Source: an uncultured bacterium
GTDB taxonomy: Bacteria; Verrucomicrobiota; Verrucomicrobiia; Limisphaerales; UBA8199
Assembly: GCA_963749495.1 (NCBI GenBank)
Contig: CAVVMW010000005.1
Location: 1 to 64,000 of the forward strand
Length of the DNA stretch: 64,000 bases
Direction of reading: 5' to 3'
The notes under the pieces are model-generated. The model saw nothing but the letters and a program-made list of their open reading frames with translations. It searched no databases and was not told the origin of the DNA. Below, piece after piece: positions 9,851 to 19,812 of the stretch (position 1 is the stretch's first letter; the number at the start of each line of letters is the position of its first letter). The position numbers and the translations under genes are program-made.

Positions 9851-10405
9851 ATGGCTATGAATAAAGGTCTGGGCAAAAATGCAAGCTGGCGAACGCTGGT
9901 CGGGTGGGGATGGTTGGTTGTGCTCGCGCTCGGGTGTGGGAAAGCGGTGGGTTTGGGCGGAGATCACCCGAATAACCTGCCGGTCCGCAGCAATGGCAAC
10001 TGGCCGGAGGGGATGGCCGAGTTGGTCAATAATGCGCACCGAGTTCACGGATTCTTTGTCAATGATGTGGATGTCTTTTTCTTCTCAGGCTCGGCGACAA
10101 ATTTCGCTGCGTTTTTGGAAAGCTACTCGAAGATTCGGGGGATTATTGACAGGCATCGTCTGATTCTTCACGAAGGAGTGGGGGAAGCGAAATCGCCTTG
10201 GGGAAAGATTGGACGAGCTTGTGACTGGGAACTCTATGGCCGCGGAAATGGTTGGAGAGGTGGAGTAATCACCAATTATGTGTTAGAGGTGCACTTGTGG
10301 ACTGGCGGACGAATCTCTTTGGATCGCATCACCGTCCCTGCCAACATCGAAGTCACGAAAGCCAAAGAGGACCATGCCTCTCAGTCGGATCGCCGCAAGG
10401 AGTGA
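9851..10405 (+). CDS. Hypothetical secreted protein
   Basis: 184 aa with hydrophobic leader WLVVLALGCG and a globular-looking body. Confidence 0.65.
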   Translation: MAMNKGLGKNASWRTLVGWGWLVVLALGCGKAVGLGGDHPNNLPVRSNGNWPEGMAELVNNAHRVHGFFVNDVDVFFFSGSATNFAAFLESYSKIRGIIDRHRLILHEGVGEAKSPWGKIGRACDWELYGRGNGWRGGVITNYVLEVHLWTGGRISLDRITVPANIEVTKAKEDHASQSDRRKE

Positions 10406-10636
10406 CTTCGCCGCGCTGCACCAACACCCGGGCTAGCTGGCGGGCGCTCAGAGCCGACACAGCCCCGTGCGGGGGTTACTCACTCGCGTCCCGGTGTGGC
10501 TGGCGACTTCATAGCCGTCCAGACCTCTCAAACTCCCGGCATTGCAACCTGCCCCTCCTTTTGTTTTTCAGCGGCGTGGTTGCCTTGGCGGACGCCAGCC
10601 TCTCGGCCGCCGCGGCTCTGAAAAACGGAATCAAGC

Positions 10637-11944
10637 TCACTCGTTGTGAAGCCGCCACGGTTCTTCTCGAAAAACCTCCAGGGGATAAGGATAGGGCGGA
10701 GGGATTTTCTTTCGGAGGGGGAGATAATTGAGGAGCTTCACGCCAAGAGCCTGCGCGCGATGGCGGAAGCTCAGCGGTTCGCCCAGGACCGCGCCCCAGG
10801 TCCAGACCTCTCCGTTCGCCGTGAGCGCCACGCCAATGCCCAAATGTGGGCCGGGAACATGGAGATGAAAGGCGCCGCCCGCGTAAGCCACATACTCCCC
10901 CTGAAACGCGGCTCGCCGGAACCGCACTGGCGGGTAAGGCTTGCTCGGCCCATTAGGGTTGGGATCGGTTGTCTCCATCAGCCACAAGGAACCGTCCTTC
11001 TTGATCAGCCCCGGACACCACCAATATCCCCCGGTGCAAGCGGAAAGCGCTTTCCAATCCGCATTCGTTCCCACGCGAGTGGGAACGGCATCTCGAGCCG
11101 CATCGCTCGCTTCGGTGAACATATGCGCCTGATTCCCCCAGACCCAGAGCGTGCCGTCCGGTTTGATTGCGAAGGCAGTGTCCCCCACCAAGCCGGCGTC
11201 CACCCAATTCGTGTCCGGGCTGATGCGCATCGGGGCGGGGATAGGGGCGGTGGGAGTGCGGAACTCCGGGTTTGGAAAATCTCCCCAGCACCAGAGACTG
11301 CCGTCGGACTGCATCGCCACGGTGGTGAGATTGCCGGCCCAGACTCTCGTCCAGTTCGTGTCCGAGCCGATCCGCACCGGCACCGCGCTGCCGTTGGTCG
11401 GGGCAATGCCCAGGCGCCCGGCCCAATTATTGCCCCAGCCCCACAAAGTGCCGTCCTTTTTTAGCGCGACGGAGTGGACACCGCCCGCCGCTGCTTGCTT
11501 CCAGTCGTTGCCTGGAGCGGCGAGGGCGGGCGCTGGAATCGGTCTCGGTCTGGTCAGATGGTCCTGCTTGCTTTGCCCCCAGGTCCAAAGTGTGCCGTCC
11601 GACTTGATCGCTAGGTTATGGCTGGCCCCGGCGGAGATGCTGACCCAGTTTGTGTCCTCGCCGATCCGGCGCAGGCTGCTGGAACGGTTCGTGAGCCCGC
11701 CCAAACCCAGGACGGGCCAACCCAGTTTCTCCGAGCCCCAGGACCAGAGGCTGCCATCCGAAGCGAGGATGATCCCATGTAGGTCTCCCAGGCTGATCGC
11801 AGGCGTGCCGGTGCCGACCAGCAATCTCAGCTTGCCACGGTCTGAGGAACCGGTGAGCAGGCTCGTGATTAAACCTGTCAGGCCCACGGCCAGCACAATG
11901 ATCGCAACGCCGACAATCTTGCTTCTGAATCGAGTCCAAGCCAC
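10637..11944 (-). CDS. RCC1-repeat beta-propeller protein, membrane-anchored
   Basis: Repeated H.LA.K.DG[ST]LW.WG units with D.NW linkers; N-terminal TM segment. Confidence 0.9.
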   Translation of the reverse strand: MAWTRFRSKIVGVAIIVLAVGLTGLITSLLTGSSDRGKLRLLVGTGTPAISLGDLHGIILASDGSLWSWGSEKLGWPVLGLGGLTNRSSSLRRIGEDTNWVSISAGASHNLAIKSDGTLWTWGQSKQDHLTRPRPIPAPALAAPGNDWKQAAAGGVHSVALKKDGTLWGWGNNWAGRLGIAPTNGSAVPVRIGSDTNWTRVWAGNLTTVAMQSDGSLWCWGDFPNPEFRTPTAPIPAPMRISPDTNWVDAGLVGDTAFAIKPDGTLWVWGNQAHMFTEASDAARDAVPTRVGTNADWKALSACTGGYWWCPGLIKKDGSLWLMETTDPNPNGPSKPYPPVRFRRAAFQGEYVAYAGGAFHLHVPGPHLGIGVALTANGEVWTWGAVLGEPLSFRHRAQALGVKLLNYLPLRKKIPPPYPYPLEVFREEPWRLHNE

Positions 11945-12008
11945 GGACCTGGGATAGACCGAGCAGGGGGATGATGTCGAGCTTATGCGCTAATAATCAG
12001 GGTATTCC

Positions 12009-12524
12009 TCACAAGCGAAGCCCCAACTCTCTGAATTTCCTCAGCGCCTCGGCGTTGCCCCGCGCGTCATCCACCGGGTTGTGCGTGTGCGGCGTGAGCC
12101 GATACTTCTTCCATTCGGTTGCCTTGTGAGCGTCCTTCACCAGGCCGGCGTAGAGGTCGCCGATGCGCCGCCCCGAGAACCCGAAAGGATTGTGCCCGAC
12201 AAACCGATGGAAGTAGTAATTGATGAACTGCCAATCGAACGCCAGGTTGTCGGAAACAAAGACCGGCCGTCCTTTGGAATGCTGGTCCAGCCAGGCGGCA
12301 AACTCCTCCATGACTGCTTTGGGCTCATCGAAGGCCAGGTGCTCCTCGCGCGAGAAGCTGCTCACGGCCAGGGCCTCGGGGATAAACCGCTCCGAAATGG
12401 GGCGCGTCCGCCCATAAAACGACTGGTCCAGGCCATCATCGAAAAGCACAGCCCCAAAGCACACCATCGAGAACTCCGCCGGAACCGGCCCATCCGCCTC
12501 GACATCCACGACAACAAAGCTCAT
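12009..12524 (-). CDS. DEDDh 3'-5' exonuclease/exoribonuclease (Rv2179c-like)
   Basis: VVDVEADGP (ExoI), AFDWQF (ExoII), HNPVDDARG (ExoIII). Confidence 0.85.
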   Translation of the reverse strand: MSFVVVDVEADGPVPAEFSMVCFGAVLFDDGLDQSFYGRTRPISERFIPEALAVSSFSREEHLAFDEPKAVMEEFAAWLDQHSKGRPVFVSDNLAFDWQFINYYFHRFVGHNPFGFSGRRIGDLYAGLVKDAHKATEWKKYRLTPHTHNPVDDARGNAEALRKFRELGLRL

Positions 12525-12637
12525 GGCCTAAACCATAGCAATTCTGCACCGAGGATGCCATCTGGTGACGCGTAGTCACAGCGAGTCGTGAGAGTCCCCA
12601 TGGGCGGAGACCGGTATCTGGATCTGCTACGGCCTAA

Positions 12638-12736
12638 GAGCGTGTCTCAACAGCCCCTCCAGCGTCAAGCAAACCTCGAAAAACGCCCGATTTTTCGGCA
12701 TAAAGTCGCCCAACATCGGACTTTTCAGACACGCTC
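12638..12736. mobile_element. 99-bp MITE with IS5-like ends
   Basis: GAGCGTGTCT...AGACACGCTC terminal IRs flanked by TAA direct repeats (12635-37, 12737-39). Confidence 0.7.
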
Positions 12737-13107
12737 TAAGCTGGGCTTTATCCATCGCCGAAACGAGAAAACCCGGAAAACGGCCCATTTTCCATAGTCT
12801 TCGGAGTTTTTGGATGTCGGTTCTCTGCCCCGATGTCCAAAAACCCTGGCGCCACTGCGAGGCAAAGCCTGTGTTCATTGGCTCTTGTGGTCGCCGAGAA
12901 ATGGACAAAGTGCAGCTAAGGCTGCCCGCTGCGCGTCCCATGACCGCATCCGCTCTGATCAATTCCGCTTCCAGTCTCCACCCTCGTCCGCAAGCGCTCG
13001 GGCAAGTTCCTCGCGCCGGCCGCGATTCTGGCGGCAAATCCGTGTTCGATTACACAATCGCCTTCTGGCAGTGCTGGTCTATAGTGTGCCGAGAACTGCG
13101 CAGGGCC

Positions 13108-13440
13108 ATGAGAACACGGCGCAAAGTAGCGATTATCCTTGTGGTGATTTTCGCGGAGCTGATCTGGCTGATCCTCCGCCCGCGCATTTCTCTGCACGGA
13201 GAGGTTCTCGACGAGCAATACAGGCGCAAGGAGCGGTTCGCCGCGCTGGTCGCAAGAAGCCAAAATCCATCCTCCGAAGCCGAGGCGGCATTTAATAGGG
13301 AGGTTGAACTGCTGCACGCCCACATGCAGCGGCGGAACGTTGCAGGGACGGTTCTGCTCGTTGTTCTGAATGGTGTCGGGACATGCTGTTTTCTATGCCT
13401 TTGGAAACCCAGGCACGATGTCAGACTCGAAGCCAAATGA
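13108..13440 (+). CDS. Small two-TM hypothetical membrane protein
   Basis: MRTRRKVAIILVVIFAELIW...VAGTVLLVVLNGVG; overlaps the start of the next gene. Confidence 0.55.
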   Translation: MRTRRKVAIILVVIFAELIWLILRPRISLHGEVLDEQYRRKERFAALVARSQNPSSEAEAAFNREVELLHAHMQRRNVAGTVLLVVLNGVGTCCFLCLWKPRHDVRLEAK

Positions 13441-15003
13441 CAGCGCTCCAACTGAATTTGCGGCTCCAGGCGCTGCCCAACCCAGCATGAGGCCGCTCAG
13501 GCACAAGCGGGTCTGCGTGGTGGCGGCCGTGGTTCTGATTCTGGCCGGGGTGCTGGTCTGGCAGTTCAGCCGTGGAGCGCGCGAGCCGACGTATCAAGGC
13601 CGAACGGTCAGCAGTTGGTTTCGGCAATATTTCAGATCCTGGACTGTCGCCCCTGGTGGCTTTCGTGAGGGGCTGCTTCTCTCGGACCGGGCCGCCAAAT
13701 CCGCCAAAGCCCTTGACGCGCTGGGCACCAACGCGCTCCCTTATTTGCTGAGCGTTTGCTTCTCAACGGACCAGGACACGTGGTTCCAAACCAATCTCCA
13801 CGCCTTGCTGGATAAGCTGCCGAGACCATTTCGCGGACCACCTTTTGTGCCTGTTTCAGTAGTTCGGGCGGCCGGGGAACAGAGGGTGATCGCTCTCAAA
13901 CTGGCGCCGGCCGAGCTGCTCCCCTCGATCACGAATTACCTGGCGGGGACGAACTCATCCCAGCGCCTCACTGCGTTAAGCCTCCTGCTCGGCGCTGACG
14001 AATTGTATGGGGGACAGTTCGTCGGGCGACCACTCGGGATGGGTCCAACGCAGGACCCCGACGGAGTCGGAGCCGAGCTGTGGCGAGCTCCACCCCCTGG
14101 CTGGCCCGAAGCTTGCGCAGCTCGAACTCCACCGAACAATTGCTCGCCCTGCAGGTCATCACTCGCTTTGGATCTCCCCTCAGGGGAACGCTCCCCAACC
14201 TCATCTGGCTCCAGGCGCAGTCATTCCAGGCGGAGTCGTCCGTGCCAAGGCCCTCCAGCCGAAGTCTGCTCTGGAGGTGCGGGCAGGCCCTGGGAGCGAT
14301 CGGCACGAATGCTGCCCCGGCGCTGCCCCTGCTCAAGGAACAGCTTCCGCAACTGGTTCGGCGCGCCGAGCAGGCTGGAGCGAGTGCCCCCGTGCGGGGG
14401 CAACCCGCGGGTTTGGCGGGTTCGCAGCGCCTGTTCCTGGCGGAAGTGATTTGCCGAATAGACGCCCGGGAGTTGCCCGCGACGCTCGCGCTCCTGGAGG
14501 AGTTGCGGCGAGGACAGCGCCCGGGTGAACTCGCTCGTTTTGCCGACAGCCTGAGCAGGATCGGTCCCAATGCCAAACCCGCCATACCAATCCTCCTCGA
14601 CATGCTTGATCGCAAGAGCCTGTGGGAAGAGGATGTCCTGGGCATAGCCGGGGCCCTCCAGGGTCTCGGCGTGGAAAAGCAGACATTGGATAGGGCGCTG
14701 CTGAAGGTGCTTCGGGACCAGGACCCGCCATGTCGCATCATTGCCGCCCGCGCGCTCCTGCACGACGACCCGGGCAATGGCGCCGCCATCAACGCCCTCA
14801 TCGAGATAATCAGGGGCGGGTGCCATGAAGACATTTATCACGCGATCCCCATCCTTGGAGACGCCGGCCCGGACGCGAAGGCCGCCATCCCCGTTTTGCG
14901 CCAGGTCAGAGACAGCCAAGAAAAAGGGATAATCGCCAACGCCCTCAGGCTCGAGGCGACCGGGGCTTTGGCCAAAATCGAAGGCCGACAGGTTCCCCAA
15001 TAG
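13418..15003 (+). CDS. Membrane-anchored HEAT-repeat protein, one-base frameshift near 14080
   Basis: N-terminal TM + EPTYQGRTVSSW + ALDALGTNALPYL in one frame; HEAT units (LGAIGTNAAPALPLL, IGPNAKPAIP, LGDAGPDAKAAIP) in the 14080 frame. Confidence 0.75.
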
Positions 15004-15081
15004 GGCTGACAAACAGGGGCAGATGTTGGCCATGACCCCGAGAAATGACAGCTACCGTCAGGCGTTGACCCGGCTTGCAAC

Positions 15082-15456
15082 TCACCTCTGTGGCTTTCTG
15101 GCCTTCCTCAGGGCGTCACGATGAGGCGGATCGAGTGCGAGGATGTTCAGTTCGTCAGGAACGGCGTCGTTTTGCGGCTTTTCGTTTTCGTAACTGCCGA
15201 GGGGCACCTCGGCGCAAATGAGAAACTGGAGCAGGAACCTGCTCATGAAGGTGGATTGGAGTTCAAGCATGTCCCGGTCGAACGTTCCTGCGGCATTTCG
15301 ATGGCCATCGATTTCGAGATAAAGCGCCCGTGGACATCCGGGGTGCCGGCGCTGGGCATCGCGCACTAGGCGGAGGAGGGCAAGGGCAACTTGATCGAAA
15401 TCCTCGTGGGTAAACACCACATGGGCGATGATTATGACTCCAGTTTGTTCTTTCAT
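15082..15456 (-). CDS. Hypothetical protein
   Basis: MKEQTGVIIIAHVVFTHEDFD..., 124 aa with natural composition. Confidence 0.55.
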   Translation of the reverse strand: MKEQTGVIIIAHVVFTHEDFDQVALALLRLVRDAQRRHPGCPRALYLEIDGHRNAAGTFDRDMLELQSTFMSRFLLQFLICAEVPLGSYENEKPQNDAVPDELNILALDPPHRDALRKARKPQR

Positions 15457-15711
15457 TTCTTCAGCCTCGTTTGCTAACGGTAGCGGCGATCTTGTCGGTC
15501 CATCCGTCCTTGCTTGGGCACTTGGTCGCCGCCGTTTTCTTGATTGGCCGGCTTCTCCTGCGGCGCCACCGGGCGCCTCTGGCTTGAGGAGCCGCCCAAG
15601 CCTGCGAGGCTGCGGATCGAAACACTCCAAGAGGGGGCTGAGAGTGCGGCATGGCTGCGGAACGGAAGTCAATGTGTGGTGTCATTACTGTGAAGACGTG
15701 CTACATAAGGC

Positions 15712-16308
15712 ATGAGTCCGGAAACGCATCTGTTGGCCAGTTGGGTCATCGGGGCCAAGGCCACCGACAACGCGCGCGACTGCCGCCTCGTTGCGCTGGC
15801 CGGCATCCTGCCCGACGCCGATGGCCTGGGTCTGCTCGTGGACGCCGCCAACCGCGCTTTGGGCGGCCCAAGGACGCTCTTTTACGAGCATTACCACCAT
15901 TATCTCCTGCACGGCGCCTTTGCCGGAGTCCTGATCGCCACATCGGTCACTTGCTTTGCCCGCCGGAAATGGCGGGTTGCCCTGCTCGCGCTGGCCGTAG
16001 TCCACCTTCATCTGCTCTGCGATCTGGTTGGCTCGCGCGGACCCGACCCAGTGGACCTGTGGCCGATCTTTTACCTTGGCCCGTTCAGCAAGGACCCGAT
16101 GTGGATTTGGAACGGTCAATGGCCTTTGGACTCCTGGTTCAACCGGTTGCTCACGGTCGTCCTTTTTGGTTGGGCGCTTTGGCTGGCCGTGCCACGAGGC
16201 TACTCGTTCGTGGGCGTCTTCAGCCGCCGTTTGGACCAGACCTTTGTCCGAGTTCTGCGCAAATGGCATGGAGACCTGGCCGCCAGGCTTTCGTCCAGCC
16301 GGCAATAG
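15712..16308 (+). CDS. Membrane-bound metal-dependent hydrolase (YdjM/DUF457-like)
   Basis: TH, LPDADG, HH..LHG and HLLCD motifs with TM helices. Confidence 0.85.
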   Translation: MSPETHLLASWVIGAKATDNARDCRLVALAGILPDADGLGLLVDAANRALGGPRTLFYEHYHHYLLHGAFAGVLIATSVTCFARRKWRVALLALAVVHLHLLCDLVGSRGPDPVDLWPIFYLGPFSKDPMWIWNGQWPLDSWFNRLLTVVLFGWALWLAVPRGYSFVGVFSRRLDQTFVRVLRKWHGDLAARLSSSRQ

Positions 16309-16432
16309 CTCGGGGCAGGAGAATTCGGGCTTTTGCTCCAGATCCGGCTTGTCGAAGGGGTCAAGGTGTTCGGCGGAAGTTGCTTGGCATTGGCACAGCA
16401 CCTCGATAAGCTGGACCAAGTCGGTGAGGTGA

Positions 16433-19400
16433 ATGGCTTCGGAGTTCGACATGAAATCGGGAAATCCAGGAAGTGCTTTCGGGAAAGGAGGAACAGGAAC
16501 CATGAACGCAATGGCGTTGGCGCTGGGACTGATCGCGCTCACTGCTGCCTCCAATAGAGCCGTGGCCAGCCAGGCCGGCCCGGCTCCGCAACTCTCCGGC
16601 ACCGTCGTGGATGAACAGGGCCGGCCGGTGGCGGGTGCCACCGTGGATTGCTATCATTACCGAGCACGGCCTGGCTACGCGGTGGGCCGGGAGGCGGAGC
16701 TCGCGCAACGCACGCTCACGGACAGCAACGGCGCATTCACAGTGGCTTCTCCACGGGGCACAACCCTCGTGGTCGTGAGCAAGGCAGGCCTGGCCACGGC
16801 CTGGAAAACCTGGAATTCCCTCGGGCACGGCTCCTCCGAGCCGCTGGTCCTGACGGCGCCAACAACGCTGGCAGGCATTGTCGTGGACAGAGATCAGAAG
16901 CCGGTGGCCGATGCCGAGGTGTGGGTTGCAGGAGCCAGCTTTGGGGAGGAACGCCCATGGGTGACGCACGCGAACAACCTGTTTGGCAAGCCGGCTCGCG
17001 AGTGTTTTTCCACCCGGACCGGCACCGAAGGCCGCTTCCGCATCGAGAACTTCCCAGCCGACGGCCAGGCGGCACTGCTCGCGAGGACGACAGGCAGTGC
17101 CGAGCGCCTGATTGGACCGGGCTTTACGTGGTGGAGCGACGATTACCACCAATCCGGAGACCAGCACATCGAGCTCGTGGTCGGTCCGCCGGGGTCGGTC
17201 GAGGGAAAGGTCGTGGCTGCCGAAACGAGCCAACCGGTTCAAGGCGTCAGGGTTAGACTTCAGTCCAGCTCGGAAGGGCTTTACGGCGGTGTAACCTTCG
17301 AGTCTTCACTGAGCGGACCGGACGGGGCCTTCCGCGTTCTGGAGGTCGTGCCGGGCAAGTATCGTGTCAGCGCTGCCGGCACGACCCCTGGCAGCGGCGG
17401 TCCTGAGTGGATGGCGGAGTGGTGGAAGAATCCCGAGGTGAAGGTCGTGGGGGGACAAACCGCGCGCGACGTGGTGGTCCGCGCGTCACAAGCGGCTTTG
17501 GTGGAGGTGACGGTAGTTGCCCGAGACGACCTTAAACCGCTGGCCGACGTGGAGGTTTCAGGGAGCCGGTTCATTGGGAGCGCCAGTGCTTACACGGACG
17601 CGGGCGGCGTGGGGCGCTTCTGGGCGCCACCGGGCCGGTGCGCGATCGCCGCCTCATTGAAGGACTGGGCGCAGCAAGTCATTCCTACCAACATTGTAAT
17701 CGGCCAGACCACCCATTTGCGCTTCGAGTTGACTCGGCCCCTGACGATCTCCGGCACGATACGCGACCCCGCGGGCGTGCCGGTCCCAGGTGTCCTCGTG
17801 TCATTTCATCCAGGAACTCTCCCCGGGGTTTTTCCTTATGTCAACGGCAGGACTGATGCCAACGGTCGCTATGAATTGCGTATGGTAGCGGAGCTGAGCG
17901 AGGCGGCTCCCCCGGGTGGCCTGGGCCGCCGGACGAATCTCATTCTGGCTCGCAGCCTGGAGCGGAACCTTGTGGCGATCCGGGAATTCGAGACGATACC
18001 AACCAACCTGGATCTGACGCTGGAACCAGGCCTCACGCTTTCTGGTTGCGTCAAGGGCACCGACGGCAAGCCGGTCACCATCGCCTTAGTGGATCTGAGC
18101 ATCCACTCGCTGCCTTGGCTCCCAAAGGTGGACCCACGGCCGGCACACGTGGACGCGCTGGGTCGCTTTGCCTTGCCTGCCCTGCCGCAGGCAAGGCGAT
18201 ACCTCGTGGCGGCCTTCACCTACCAGGGCTACGGCAGGGCCTCCGCGGAGCTGGCGCCCTATGATGCGAAGCCCGGGCGTTTCGATTTTCCCCCCTTTGT
18301 GCTCGAGCGGGCCGACCGCAAGCTCGCCGGCCAGGTGCTCGGGCCTGACGAACAACCTCTCGCCGGGGCCTATGTGTTTTTGTCCGGTATGGGCCAATCC
18401 GAGCGATCCCACGCCATGAGCGACAGCCAGGGACGCTTCGTGTTTGACGCGGTGTGCGACGGGACGATTGGGGTCCACGCGCACGGCCTTGGCCCGCCCG
18501 AGATGGAACCTGGCGTCCTGACCTACATGGCGGAGCCATCCGCCGTCATGGCGCAGGCGGGTGACACGAACGTGGTTGTCCGCATTCGTTCCCACAACCG
18601 GGCGGCCACCACCGATCCGTTTGTGCCCACCTCGGGAAAGCTTTTTGACCCGTCCGGCGCGCCTGCCGCCGGGGTGCTGCTGAGGGTGTGGCAGGTTCGG
18701 GGCGCCACCCAGTCCGCTCACAGCAATCGCAATGGCGAATACACGATTTACCGGCAGCGGCCACCGGCGGCCCCGGGGGTGTCGTCAAACTCGGTGCTGG
18801 TTGCGAGCGATGCTGCCCACCAGTGGGCGGCGGCGTGCCCCCTGGATGCCATGGCCACAAACCTCGACCTGCACCTCAAAGCCGGGCTCACCATCACCGG
18901 TTTGGTGAGGGATGATGAGGACCAACCGGTGGCCAGAGTCCCGGTGGTCTTGAGCATGGCTCTGATGAACGTCAGCAAGGAGTTGGAGAGTATTGGGACG
19001 GATGAGAAGGGTTCGTTCAGCTTCGAGGCGCTTCCCCGGGAAGGGGATTACTCCGTGAAGGTTATGGGCTTTGGGCAAAGGCCCTCCACACACGTGGTGC
19101 CCGAGCCTGATCCCGTTCACCCCAACCAACTTAAGGTGCCGCCGGTCAAGTTCGTGGTGCCAAACCTCAAAGTGGCCGGCAGGGTCGTAGGGCCGGACGA
19201 CAAACCCGTTCCAGGCCTGCCGGTCTCTGTCGGCCACAGCGGCGCCATGACGGATGTCAACGGGTGCTTTGTATTTCGCGGGCTGGTGCGGGGAGCCGTG
19301 GAAGTGAAGGCCAGCAAACCTGACCCCCTCGGCGGCCCACCTCTGTCGTGCAGGCTTGTAGTTCAAGCCGGTGACACGAATGTTCTCGTGAAACTCGAAG

Positions 19401-19483
19401 CTGACGGTGGCATTCGCGCCCGAAGTCCGGCCACGAACTGGCCTTCCCTCGAAAGCGGTGTTCCCCCGCGGCACCAGCCTTGA
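16433..19483 (+). CDS. Large secreted protein with repeated carboxypeptidase-regulatory-like (Ig) domains
   Basis: Many G.V.D..G.PV.GA.V...TD..G.F repeats; signal peptide near 16502. Confidence 0.85.
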   Translation: MASEFDMKSGNPGSAFGKGGTGTMNAMALALGLIALTAASNRAVASQAGPAPQLSGTVVDEQGRPVAGATVDCYHYRARPGYAVGREAELAQRTLTDSNGAFTVASPRGTTLVVVSKAGLATAWKTWNSLGHGSSEPLVLTAPTTLAGIVVDRDQKPVADAEVWVAGASFGEERPWVTHANNLFGKPARECFSTRTGTEGRFRIENFPADGQAALLARTTGSAERLIGPGFTWWSDDYHQSGDQHIELVVGPPGSVEGKVVAAETSQPVQGVRVRLQSSSEGLYGGVTFESSLSGPDGAFRVLEVVPGKYRVSAAGTTPGSGGPEWMAEWWKNPEVKVVGGQTARDVVVRASQAALVEVTVVARDDLKPLADVEVSGSRFIGSASAYTDAGGVGRFWAPPGRCAIAASLKDWAQQVIPTNIVIGQTTHLRFELTRPLTISGTIRDPAGVPVPGVLVSFHPGTLPGVFPYVNGRTDANGRYELRMVAELSEAAPPGGLGRRTNLILARSLERNLVAIREFETIPTNLDLTLEPGLTLSGCVKGTDGKPVTIALVDLSIHSLPWLPKVDPRPAHVDALGRFALPALPQARRYLVAAFTYQGYGRASAELAPYDAKPGRFDFPPFVLERADRKLAGQVLGPDEQPLAGAYVFLSGMGQSERSHAMSDSQGRFVFDAVCDGTIGVHAHGLGPPEMEPGVLTYMAEPSAVMAQAGDTNVVVRIRSHNRAATTDPFVPTSGKLFDPSGAPAAGVLLRVWQVRGATQSAHSNRNGEYTIYRQRPPAAPGVSSNSVLVASDAAHQWAAACPLDAMATNLDLHLKAGLTITGLVRDDEDQPVARVPVVLSMALMNVSKELESIGTDEKGSFSFEALPREGDYSVKVMGFGQRPSTHVVPEPDPVHPNQLKVPPVKFVVPNLKVAGRVVGPDDKPVPGLPVSVGHSGAMTDVNGCFVFRGLVRGAVEVKASKPDPLGGPPLSCRLVVQAGDTNVLVKLEADGGIRARSPATNWPSLESGVPPRHQP

Positions 19484-19812
19484 CCGTCTCCGTTCTCCAA
19501 TTGGGATCTGTCCGGCCGAGGAGGCTCATGCCGTGCCCATCTCGCCTGGTATTCCTTCGCCGGTGGCGGAGAGCACTGGAGACGATTCTGCTTGTCAGGA
19601 CAAAACCCCTGTTGCTCCCTACCAGCGGAAAGAAATCGCGATGAGTCCGTTTCTTGGCGCCCCGTGGAGCGCGAAGCTCATTTCCGCTCAAAATCCTGAG
19701 CCCATTCCCCAGTTGTGCTGGCGGACGTGAGCAACCGCGGCCGACGCTGTCCAACCGGCGTGCGAACACGAACGCCGCTGCGAAACTGGCCCACGTGATG
19801 ATGCCTCGGAAC

